64,000 bases of DNA from the NCBI RefSeq assembly GCF_006345805.1, contig NC_043002.1:61380001-61444000 (forward strand), given 5' to 3'. This DNA is from Octopus sinensis (lineage: Eukaryota). The translations under genes and the position numbers were made by a program. Positions 39,432 to 51,060 of this stretch are shown piece by piece. The first letter of the stretch is position 1. Each line of letters begins with the position of its first letter. Below the pieces are notes generated by a model, which worked only from the letters and a program-made list of their open reading frames with translations, had not been told where the DNA came from and did not search any database.

Positions 39432-39634
39432 AAGAAGGGTAGTAATATTATTTCTACCAGGTGCCCAGCACAAAAGACGAATTAGTCATAAGACAAAAAT
39501 ATTATTCATATAGAAAAATATTATTCATGTAGTTATACAATTAAGGGCTCCTAAATAAAGATGCCGAGTGCTGGGAACACAAAGAGGGGATGAATTATCG
39601 AGAGTGAAAATCAAAAACGTTTACCGATAACTTT

Positions 39635-39712
39635 AACAACTCGTACCGCGGTTTCTGCTTCTTTCTAGCAAAACACAGAATATGTTGCTAAGGCCAGCTT
39701 CATCGAGTCGCC
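39635..39712 (-). ncRNA. Inverted HHR copy with a 3-nt core deletion (probably inactive)
   Basis: Reads GGCGACUCG-AUGA instead of GGCGACUCG-CUGAUGA. Confidence 0.6.
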
Positions 39713-40259
39713 TGAATTAATCGAGGTCTGCAGCGATGTGGGACTATATGTACACAAACCCGACTACTAGCAGATCTTAACTTTTCAAATCTCTGCGCAT
39801 ACGCAAAATTTACACGGGCATGCCGGGAAGAATTTACGAATAAATTCATCATGTTAGTATGCGAATATAAACAAGAAGGGTAGTAATTTATTTACTACCA
39901 GGTGCCCAGCACAAAACAATTAGTCATAAGACAAAATAATTCATATAGAAAAATATTATTCATGTAGTTATACAATTAGGCTCCTAATAAAGATGCCGGT
40001 TATCGGTAAACGTTTTTGATTTTCACTCTCGATAAATTCATCCCCTCTTTGTGTTCCCAGCACTCGCACCTGGTAGTAAATAATATTACTACCCTTCTTG
40101 TTTATATCGCATACTACTACATGATGAATTTATTCGTAAAATTCTTCCCGGCATGCCCGTGTAAATTTTGCGTCTGCGCAGAGATTTGAAAAGTTAAGAT
40201 CTGCTAGTAGTCGGGTGTAACATATAGTCCCACATCGCTGCAGACCTCAATTAAATTCA

Positions 40260-40341
40260 GGCGACTCGCTGATGAAGCTGGCCTTAGCAAACATATTCTG
40301 TGTTTTGCTAGAAAGAAGCAGAAACCGCGGTACGAGTTGTT
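40260..40341 (+). ncRNA. Type I hammerhead ribozyme with extended stem II
   Basis: GGCGACUCG-CUGAUGA-[AGCU..hairpin..AGCA]-GAAA-CCGCGG-UA^CGAGUUGUU. 9-bp stem I, palindromic stem III ACCGCGGU, cut after 40332. A.A mismatch at the base of stem II. Confidence 0.75.
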
Positions 40342-40702
40342 AAAGTTATCGGTAAACGTTTTTGATTTTCACTCTCGATAAATTCATCCCCTCTTTGTGT
40401 TCCCAGCACTCGGCATCTTTATTTAGGAGCCTTAATTGTATAACTACATGAATAATATTTTTCTATATGAATAATATTTTTGTCTTATGACTAATTCGTC
40501 TTTTGTGCTGGGCACCTGGTAGTAAATAATATTACTACCCTTCTTGTTTATATTCGCATACTACATGATGAATTTATTCGTAAAATCTTCCCGGCATGCC
40601 CGTGTAAATTTTGCGTCTGCGCAGAGATTTGAAAAGTTAAGATCTGCTAGTAGTCGGGTGTAACATATAGTCCCACATCGCTGCAGACCTCGATTAAATT
40701 CA

Positions 40703-40784
40703 GGCGACTCGCTGATGAAGCTGGCCTTAGCAAACATATTCTGTGTTTTGCTAGAAAGAAGCAGAAACCGCGGTACGAGTTGTT
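40703..40784 (+). ncRNA. Type I hammerhead ribozyme (array copy 2)
   Basis: Identical motif, cut after 40775 (443 nt from the previous site). Confidence 0.75.
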
Positions 40785-41145
40785 AAAGTTATCGGTAAAC
40801 GTTTTTGATTTTCACTCTCGATAAATTCATCCCCTCTTTGTGTTCCCAGCACTCGGCATCTTTATTTAGGAGCCCTTAATTGTATAACTACATGAATAAT
40901 ATTTTTCTATATGAATAATATTTTTGTCTTATGACTAATTCGTCTTTTGTGCTGGGCACCTGGTAGTAAATAATATTACTACCTTCTTGTTTATATTCGC
41001 ATACTACATGATGAATTTATTCGTAAAATTCTCCCGGCATGCCCGTGTAAATTTTGCGTCTGCGCAGAGATTTGAAAAGTTAAGATCTGCTAGTAGTCGG
41101 GTGTAACATATAGTCCCACATCGCTGCAGACCTCGATTAAATTCA

Positions 41146-41227
41146 GGCGACTCGCTGATGAAGCTGGCCTTAGCAAACATATTCTGTGTTTTGCTAGAAA
41201 GAAGCAGAAACCGCGGTACGAGTTGTT
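41146..41227 (+). ncRNA. Type I hammerhead ribozyme (array copy 3)
   Basis: Identical motif, cut after 41218 (443 nt from the previous site). Confidence 0.75.
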
Positions 41228-41448
41228 AAAGTTATCGGTAAACGTTTTTGATTTTCACTCTCGATAAATTCATCCCCTCTTTGTGTTCCCAGAACTCGGC
41301 ATCTTTATTTAGGAGCCCTTAATTGTATAACTATATATATATATATATAATATATATATATATATATGTGTGTGTGTGTATATATATATACATACATATA
41401 TCTATATATATATTCATACGTAAGCCTAGAACACCCCAATGCTACACC

Positions 41449-41482
<34 letters not shown>

Positions 41483-41782
41483 AATTAATGGTGGGGTTGT
41501 GTTGACCGCACGTGGAGAAATGATAGGAGAGGGAAAATTATAAAAAGGCAGAATGCTAAATTGAAGGTAAATTTTAAAAAAAAATTGGTGTATGGAAAAT
41601 TAAAAAATAATTAGATCTGATATAGTGATTTGTTATACTTTTTCTAACATAAATTGCCCTTTCCTTATCATGTGCATATGTACATGTATGTATGTTTGTT
41701 TGTATGTATGTATGCATGTATGTATGTATGCATTTATGTATGTGTATATATATGTATTTATGTATGTATGTATGTATGTATG

Positions 41783-41813
<31 letters not shown>

Positions 41814-42195
41814 CACTGTGTCACTACATTTCCGTGAGCGTGGGTGTGTCTGTATATATTTACACACAGACGTATGTATGCCCTACGAATAAATATTCAT
41901 GTGTACCTACAAGGGATTTACGTACATTTTTACATGCATTTATACCTAAAACGAGCGCATGTAATCATCCGTATGAGAATATATAATTGTGTAAGTGTGT
42001 GTGTATATATATATATGTAAGAGAAATTTAGGAACAAGCTGATATAAAATTTTAACGCTAGGGAAGAATGGAAATTTCTCTCGCGTTTTCAGCTTGTGCT
42101 CTTCGACAGAACGTATTAAGAAGAACAAAATGAGATAAAATGAAAACACGTAGAGAGACAGACACTGTAGGAATTAACTCTTCTACATCATGAAT

Positions 42196-42228
<33 letters not shown>

Positions 42229-43412
42229 AAATAGATGTCGTATAAAACTATTCTGCACAGACAATAACAGCCAATAACGGTCAATCCAACACACCTCCTT
42301 CCCTCCTTCATCAGCTGACCCTGGGATATCACTAGGATTTCGATACCCGGACGGCATCATTCAATCTGGCGTTCTGAACAGCATTCTCCAACACATATAT
42401 ACGAATTAATACACATCAATTTACCTAATTACTTTATCCTTATAATCCAATGTAGCTATACATACACACACACACACACACGCACACGCACACACGCACA
42501 CACACACACACATATATATATATATGTATATATATATATACATATATATACATATATATACATATATATGTATGTATATATATTCCCTCCTATATAGATA
42601 TTTATAGAATACGTAATAATGTTTATACATATATGTGTTTCTGAAAGTGTGTGAGTGTGTGTGAGTGTAGGTGTGTTTGTTTGTGTGTGTATTTTTTGTG
42701 TATATGTGTTTGTGTCAGCATATGCTTACTTACATGTGAATATGCACTTCAATTCTGCAGCCCATCAGAAAGACCGTCTGCCGAAGTATGCCAACATTAT
42801 TATAATCCTGCTTCACGGCTCTCTAACATTCAAATGTTATCTATAATAAAATAACACACAAGTTCTTTCTCTATCCCCCCTCTTCTATTAATACATTTCC
42901 AATTTTAAATATCTCAATTCTCTTTAAGCTTTATAGAGACGTGGGCTGTTTGTGTATCTATACGTTTGTTTGATTTGTGTATTTGTGTATGCGTGTGTGT
43001 GTATCTATATGTGTCAATATGTATCTTTTAACTTATACTGGAATGTAATAGTCTTATTGATATAACAGTAAAATTACCTTCTACAGACTATAGGGTATAT
43101 TTAGGTGTGAAAAACGATCGATGTATTTCTAAAGGTAAGTAATTTATGGACACGCATCCATTTTATCATACTTAATAAAAAGTGTATCTAATGTACGCGA
43201 CATCTTGTTGTAATTGAGTGGACTTAATTACATAAGTGGTTTAATAGCTTGTTATTTATGATTGCATAATTATATAAAATGCTTTTAGAAAGAGTTAACT
43301 CCATCTAGTGACAATGCATACAGGATATGTATAAAAAGATATTGATTATAAGACTGGTTTTGTAAAATATATACATACATACACACACACACACATACAA
43401 CACATCTGTATA

Positions 43413-43470
<58 letters not shown>

Positions 43471-43475
43471 ATATA

Positions 43476-43506
<31 letters not shown>

Positions 43507-43624
43507 ACGGAGAGTTACTTTCATAGCAAGTGAATTGATCTGAGATCGTATGCTGAAATAAAAACAATTGCAACGTGTAAGATGTGTTTATAAGAGCACA
43601 CAAAAATCACTTCAGCATTAAAAT

Positions 43625-44510
43625 TTAACTTGTGTCAAAATATTTTTGTCGCTATAAACTCCGACCTGTTCACTGGCAAAACTACATGCTGCAGTTCAAA
43701 AACAAGCCCCATAGATCCTTGTTTACAATCCCAGAAAGTCAATGAGGTCAATTGCAAACGATTACTATGTGTCAGAAATGTTGTCCATGAAGACATCAGT
43801 TTTATGATAAGGAAATGGCAATTTACGTTAGAAAATGTAAAACAAATCACTATATCAGATCTAATAGGCTCTTAAACAAACTGAAAAATTCAGCAGGAGA
43901 TTTGATTTGTTTTGTTTTTTTTCCAAACGAGAAAAACTTCGGCCAAGATCAAAAAGAAGAAGAAATGCCAGATGGGTATATACAGACGCTTCTGAAGTCC
44001 CAAGTGTTATGCATACAAAATTTCCTTTAGACGTTGCCAGCAATGAAGGCCATGTGGTACCTCCTTACTTCTTCCCACAAAGCCTTAGTGTTACCTCTAC
44101 CGCTTACATTGAGGTCCTGGAAATAATTATTAAGTCCTGATATAATTGATAGGGGGCGTATGCCATGGAAGGCCATATGTGTTTCAGTAAGACTCTGCCC
44201 TATCACACATGGCTCTATAATCCCTAACATTTGGCCTCCTTATTACACATATCTCAATCCATTAGACTGTTACATGTGGAGCGTCTTTGAGAAAGCGGTC
44301 AACGAACACGCCCTTAACACCAAAGATTCTTTGAAAACTGCCATAGTGAAAGTAACATCCAAAATGAACCAGGACCACTTGATTCAAGTATGTAGATGAT
44401 TTACCTCTCACATTATTGAAGATGAAGGTGGCTTTATTGAATAGCATTATAGAAAAGCAGGTTTATTTTATCCTTATAACATTTTTGATTAATAAAGTTC
44501 TTATTTCGTA
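43625..44510 (+). mobile_element. maT/DD37D-like transposase remnant
   Basis: FFPNEKNF..VMHTKFP..SNEGHVVPPYFFPQ..DSA..LNPLDCYMW..EDEGGFIE*, frameshifted. Confidence 0.75.
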
Positions 44511-45765
44511 TATATATATTGCGAGAAATGGAGGTTATGAGAGGTCATAGTGTCAGTAAGATCCAAAGGTAATACTAAGTAAGTGCTATGGAGAGAACAT
44601 AGTTAAGCTCCAGGTTCGGTTATTATGCGAATAAGGAGTCCAACGTAGGTCATACATCAGCGTGTGTATATACAAAATAAATTAAGATGAGGTAAAAAAA
44701 AACCAAGGACGTGACGACTTTAGAACATTTATAAATAGAAGGTCTTACAGCTGTTTCCAGGGTATTCATTATATCCCTTCATTGGACACGGTGTGAGAAA
44801 ATGTGAGACAATGTGAGATATTTATTATATACCTTCAGCGGAGATGAAAGGGATACAACGGTGCGTGTGTGTATGAGTGTACGCACGTGTGTATCTATGA
44901 ATGTGCGTGTATGCATGTATTTTAGTTTATGTAGGTATATTTTTAGAGGTATAATTTTTTTATGTGCATAGAGAAATATGTGAGTGAGGTTGTGTGTCTA
45001 TATATGTGCGTATGTATGTATATTTATAGTAAGCACTTAAATCCATGTAGTTGTAAGTTTGCCAATAACAATCATAAATAGAAAAAGAATCTGATGTCAT
45101 GACTGGAGTAAAATTCCAATTTTCTCCTGAAAGCCAATGCCCAGGGGCGAACAAAACCTCCGTAAATGCAATATACATGATATTCTTAAGAATCGTAGTT
45201 TAGAGTTCATTTCATTTAGCTTCATGAAGTATTCAAGTCTATATTGGAGAATCAACCAAAAGTTCAGTGAGGTTAATGTAATATAGACAATTGTACTATT
45301 GTAGCTCCTGCATTTGTAAAGACAAAACATATATTTGTGATGATGGCAGAGAGAGAAATAATGATGAATTAGTTATTAAAAGGTGATATACTCAATTATG
45401 AAAATCAATCAATCCCATTTCTGTTTTCGTTGGGCGTGATGTATGCATTGTAGCTCGATCGAGTTATTAAAAAAATCTAACTGCTATGTAATCCTACATT
45501 ATAGTGATACCGAGTTTTTACGTAATTAACTCCCTGTGCTCTATATATTAAAGTTGCATAAATACATGAGTATACGCGAGAAAGATAGATGTATACATTT
45601 TCAGGCAGGTAGATACATAAACACCTAGATAATTATATTGATAGATAGGTTGACAGGTATAAAGATAAGGAGAGAGTAACATGAAGGTATTGGATAATTG
45701 GACGACAAGAAATCTCTCTCTCTTTCTCTCACTATCTCTCTCTCTCTCTTTATATATATATATCT

Positions 45766-46157
45766 TTTTACTCTTTTACTCTTTTACTTGTTTCAGTCAT
45801 TTGACTGCGGCCATGCTGGAGCACCACCTTTAATCGAGCAACTCGACACCGGGACTTATTCTTTTGTAAGCCCAGTACTTATTCTATCGGTCTCTTTTGC
45901 CGAACCGCTAAGTAACGGGGACATAAACACACCAGCATCGGTTGTCAAGCAATGCTAGGGGGACAAACACAGACGCACAAACACACACACGCATATATAT
46001 ACATATATACGACGGGCTTCTTTCAGTTTCCGTCTACCAAATCCACTCACAAGGCTTTGGTCGGCCCGAGGCTATAGTAGAAGACACTTGCCCAAGGTGC
46101 CACGCAGTGGGAATGAACCCGGAACCATGTGGTTGGTAAACAAGCTACTTACCACAC
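45766..46157 (-). mobile_element. tRNA-derived SINE (octopus-type)
   Basis: Reverse complement of 61605-62035. Confidence 0.8.
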
Positions 46158-46209
46158 ATGGAAAAAAGTCAAGATAGAAAGTGATAAAATAATTTTATAA
46201 AAAACATTT

Positions 46210-46245
46210 CAATACCGGTTTCAGTCATTGAGACTTTTTCAACTG
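46210..46245 (-). ncRNA. Minimal type I HHR motif, U3-A8 variant
   Basis: CAG-UUGAAAA-AGUC(UCAAU)GACU-GAAA-CCGG-UA^UUG. Decayed paralogue at 59530-59565. Confidence 0.6.
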
Positions 46246-46697
46246 TAACAATTAAATAATGAAATTTATAAAAATTAAAAGAAAAGATTTTTGGGGGTTG
46301 TGTATTTTGCGGTTCTGTATTTTGGGGTTGTGTGTATTACTATGTTGGGTGGTTTTCAGTGTATTATTGTCTAGTCCTTTGGCACATTTTATTCCATTAT
46401 TTATTAATTTTTGTATATATGTATTACTATTTTTTTGAAAAAAACATTGTAAATTTCTTTTTTCCCCTTCTTCACTTTTAAAAAAAAGTTCTTTTCCCCT
46501 TCCAAATCTTGAAAATTTGCCTTGCGATGAAAACCGTTTTGATTCGTTATTTAAAAAAAAAATTTCCATACACCCATTTTTACTAAAATTTACTTTAAAT
46601 TTAGCATTCTGCCTTATAATTTTTCCTCTCCTATCATTTATCCACGTGCTGTCAACACAACCCCACAATTTATTAATTTATATATATATATATATAC

Positions 46698-46736
<39 letters not shown>

Positions 46737-46831
46737 TATATTATTATATATATATATATAGGATAGGAAAAATTATAAGGCAGAATGCTAAATTGAAAGT
46801 ATATATATATATATGTGTGTGTGTGTGTATT

Positions 46832-46877
<46 letters not shown>

Positions 46878-46998
46878 GCAAATTTAGATTCAAATGAATA
46901 TGGTACTTAATTTAGATGCACCAGAATTCTATATGGTGTTATCCATAAAAATCCGTGGGGTGATCATAATCAAAATAAGCAACAAGAATGACTCTGGT

Positions 46999-47089
46999 AA
47001 TTTGGTACGATCGTTTCGTACTACATCAATTTATTAAATGTTGTAAGTATTATAACAGTTTTAAAATGCTGAGCACTCATCAGCCAATT
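46999..47089 (-). ncRNA. Type I HHR, intact core (left arm)
   Basis: AAUUGG-CUGAUGA-GUGCU..AGUAC-GAAA-CGAUCG-UA^CCAAAUU. Confidence 0.8.
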
Positions 47090-47299
47090 ATACAGGTTTT
47101 CCATTAATACAAACATTTTCATATCAAGTGGCAACATTATAGAGAAGGTAGATACATAGACAAAGATGTGGATTTAAATTTTAAGAACATTTGATGTAAT
47201 GTTCTTAAAATTTAAATCGACATATTTGTCTATGTATCTACCTACTCTATAATGTTGCCACTTGATATGAGCATTTTTGTATTAATGGAAAACCTCTAT

Positions 47300-47390
47300 A
47301 ATTGGCTGATGAGTGCTCAGCATTTTAAAACTGTTATAATACATACAACATTTAATAAAATGATGTAGTACGAAACGATCGTACCAAATT
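47300..47390 (+). ncRNA. Type I HHR, intact core (right arm)
   Basis: Same motif, cut after 47383. Palindromic stem III ACGAUCGU. Confidence 0.8.
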
Positions 47391-47431
47391 ACCGAAGTCA
47401 TTCTTGTTGCTTATTTTGAATATATATATAC

Positions 47432-47476
<45 letters not shown>

Positions 47477-48476
47477 CATACATGTATATATAAATGAAGA
47501 ATGCATTAAATACTATGAAGGACAGACACAGACGGACCCTAATTCAGAGAAAAGGGAAGAAAGGAAAGTAAGCGAGAAGTTCTACAATTAATAGTGAGAA
47601 GAAGAGAGAGAGGGAGGATACAAAAGGAAGGTTGTGTGAAGAGCATTGCGTACCCTAAAAACCAAGATCTGTAGAGTGTTCCTTACCAAATAACCAGTGT
47701 ACTTTGATGCGGAGCAGAAATCTCACGCTATTCTTAAGTCCAGACTACAAAACAAATTTTGCGATTAATTGCAATCAGAACAAAACGTCTCTTGGTGAAT
47801 GCTTTGTAGAACACAGGTATTTCGAAGAATTTCTTTCATAATTATAAAACAGTTGTAGAAGCTTTGCATAATGTCAATCACCTCGTCAGTGTTGTGCAAC
47901 GAATGCTTTTCTTGCAGAAAACTGACGCGATTTTTTGCAAGAATATTTCCCCAACCGTTTTGTAATTACGACGTGAATTAACGAAACTCGTGTTCGCTCT
48001 AAGAAACACTCTTTCATCAGAGCCTTTTTCCAGTTATTCATATACACAGACACACTCACACATACATACACACACACGCGCAAACGTGCATGTATTTGAG
48101 TGTGCGTTATACATATGCGTAGACATGCATCATATTTGCACAAAAGTTTCCTCCGCCCTCTGTCTGTTATTCTTTCTCTCTCTCCCTGTTTGTCTCTCTT
48201 TCACTCTCTCTCTCTCGATCTCTGTGAGTTTGTATTTATACATTCAGTTTTATTTTGCGGTAAATACCATGTTCGTGATCTGGCACAATATACAGTAGAA
48301 CCTCAGTTTTCGAACGACTCTGATCACAAATAAGTTGTATATATCTCCTGTCTTTCTTATATTCATGTAATACAGTAGTACTTCAGTCTACGAACGCCTC
48401 TGATTACGAATAAATCGTGTTGTGTATATATATATCTATCTATATCTATATATGTCTATCTATGTATTTATCTATA

Positions 48477-48528
<52 letters not shown>

Positions 48529-48582
48529 AATCTATAAATATGTATATATATATATATATATTATATATATTATATATATATA

Positions 48583-48646
<64 letters not shown>

Positions 48647-48991
48647 ACATACATATATATTATATGTGTGTGTGTGTGTGTGTGTATAAAGCACGATTTA
48701 TTCGAGAACCGACGCACTAATGTATATCAACGGACACGAATACATAGAACTGAATGATAGAAAAGTGTTATTTGATCTTGAAATATAAATTAATACAATT
48801 AATCATTTAAAAAAAAAATTTCACTAATTCTTAAGAAAGAGAATTGTTCACTTATATAAATTTGTATGTGTTGATATAATTGAAGCGAATATATGGCAGT
48901 AAGTACGTGGTTGTGTAAGTTTTGTAAAATATTTGTGGATATACAAATGGTAATAAAGATAATTAGTAGCAATATTTACAATTATGTAAAA

Positions 48992-49160
48992 TTAGATTGT
49001 CGTGTTAATATAAAATATATAATCTCGTTCATTTCTTTTCTTTTTTTTTTTGGTTTTGCAAACATATTTTGTCAGATTCTCGCGAAAATTTTTTTTACCA
49101 ACAATGATGTAAATTAGAAAGTTAATGCTGCAGTTCATAAGTGCGAGGTATTTAAATATT
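48992..49160 (-). pseudogene. GPCR paralogue E, TM7/C-terminal fragment
   Basis: Translates YLALMNCSINFLIYIIVGKKNFRENLTKYVCK...YIFYINTTI, matching TM7 and tail of the other paralogues. Cut off by (CA)n. Confidence 0.75.
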
Positions 49161-49164
49161 AAAT

Positions 49165-49262
<98 letters not shown>

Positions 49263-49264
49263 GT

Positions 49265-49440
49265 TGCGGAGGCCTAGTGGTTCGGGCAACGTACTCGCGG
49301 TCGGAGGATCGCGGTTTCGATTCCCAGACCCTGTTGTAATCTTTCGCCACAATATTCTCTCACTCTCTCTTCCTGTTTATTGAGTAACGCTGCGATGGAC
49401 TGGCGTCCCGTCCAGCTTGGGGGAATACATACGCCACAGA
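49265..49440 (+). mobile_element. tRNA-derived SINE with V-domain-like core
   Basis: tRNA head (CCTAGTGGTT..GGTTTCGATTCC) and CTGCGATGGACTGGCGTCCCGTCCAG. Confidence 0.55.
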
Positions 49441-49948
49441 CTATATGTATATATGTATGTATGTATATGAACAAGCACATATATATTCGCCATCCTGGAC
49501 CACTGAAATCTACAAGCTTTTTTCATTTTTCCCGAGCGTCAAACTAATTCACTTGCTTGTTGTACATACACCTGTCTTTGTCTTTTGTTTTTCTATGAAT
49601 TTCTACTTTAGTGGAATAAATCGTTGCCAGGACCTATTCGTTGTAAGCCTAGTAATATTCTATCGGTCCTATTTGCCGAACCGCTAGTTTACTCTGACCT
49701 AAACACACCAAAGTCGGTTGTCAAGAGATGATGGAGTGGGGGACAAAGAGACACACACAAAAAAATATATATGCATATATATATTCCCTTTTTATTCTCT
49801 CTGCTTATTTCTTCGTGTTCGTTTCTGTAGAAGAGCGGAGGCTTGAAACGTAAAATACTTTCTCACCTTCCCGAGTGTTAAACTGTTTGTTGTTTATAAA
49901 CCCATCTTCGTCTTTTGTTTTTCTGTAAATTTCCACTATATATATCTA

Positions 49949-50023
<75 letters not shown>

Positions 50024-50205
50024 ATGTGTGTATGTATGTATATATATATATGTATGTATATATATATATGCGTATGTATATATATATATATGTATGTATG
50101 TATATGTATGTATATATATATATATGTATGTATATATATATATTTATATATATTAAAATTATAAGTATATGAAAGAATGGAGTTGAACGACTAGTTAACA
50201 AATAT

Positions 50206-50300
50206 CCTTTATTCTCGACATATGTTTCGAAGGCTGCATATTCCTAATTCCGAAGGAATAAGGAGTACATTATGCAGATTTCTCATCAGGAAAATCAAGG
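50206..50300 (-). ncRNA. Type I HHR, intact core, in a Penelope-type pLTR fragment
   Basis: CCUUGAUUUUC-CUGAUGA-GAAAUCUGCAUA..UAUGCAGCCUUC-GAAA-CAUAUG-UC^GAGAAUAAAGG, cut between 50217 and 50216. Confidence 0.78.
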
Positions 50301-51060
50301 AACTTATGTCGACATCAAAATGCACAAAAAACTTTTAGCTGACCGCTCTCAAGGAGCCATGGCGATAATGAGTGTCTCTTTATAAGGAGTGGACGTCAGA
50401 GTGGCGAATGTAGAAGAATCTAGAAGGTTCTAAATGTTCAAGGGTTCAAACGAAGTAGGAGGAGGGAGGCATAAGAATAGTAAGGTGAGAGAGTGGAGGT
50501 CAAAAGAATGGTGGGTTTAAAGGATTTCTTTTACGAATGAGTGCCTGTGTGTGTGACTGTATATAACTGTCTTAATGTGAGTATGTGTGTGTCTGAATGC
50601 GTGATTGTGTTTGTGGATGGGTAGATGTCAGAAAACTGACAGCTGTGAGGTGAGAGATCTGTGTCTGTGTGTTCGATTATGTTTACTATAGAGAAAGGAA
50701 AGTAGATAGCGAAAGGGAGAAAGAATCGGGCGAGGTGAGAGGCAACGCAAGAATGGATAGTAGTAATGGGAATATAAGAAAATCTTTTTGACTATTGGGG
50801 TGAAATATAGCAAAAATTATACTTATAATTTTAAAATAAACATACAAATTTCCGCACGAAGACACGTAGTCTATGCCCTAGGGACGTAGCTTCAACCGTG
50901 TTCTTTCTGATGTGAATTTGCTACTCAGGTATCGGTTATCTTTCGAATTATCCTTAATAAGATAATTCATTCAACTACTCAAATATATTTATATATATGT
51001 ATGTATATATTTATATATTATATATATATATATATATATTTATATAAATATATTATATAT

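Larger units (their letters stand above)
39428..41333. repeat. Tandem array, 443-bp unit: about 1.3 units inverted (39428-39998) then about 3 units direct (39999-41333), HHR-containing
   Basis: Direct reading. Flanked by (TA)n on both sides. First direct unit has an approximately 100-bp deletion near 40066. Confidence 0.95.
46970..47419. repeat. 450-bp near-perfect palindrome (fold-back) carrying two divergent HHRs
   Basis: Arms pair end to end around a 6-nt loop at 47192-47197. Confidence 0.92.

Noticed and set aside
30375-41333. CRISPR-like or satellite interpretation of the two tandem arrays
   Set aside because: Units are 363 and 443 bp and near-identical with no unique spacers; eukaryotic context; ribozyme content explains them better.
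41574-41986. Cluster of overlapping MYVC/HTYI ORFs (and similar ORFs across the window)
   Set aside because: Translations of (TA)n, (TATG)n, (TG)n and (TAGA)n microsatellites.
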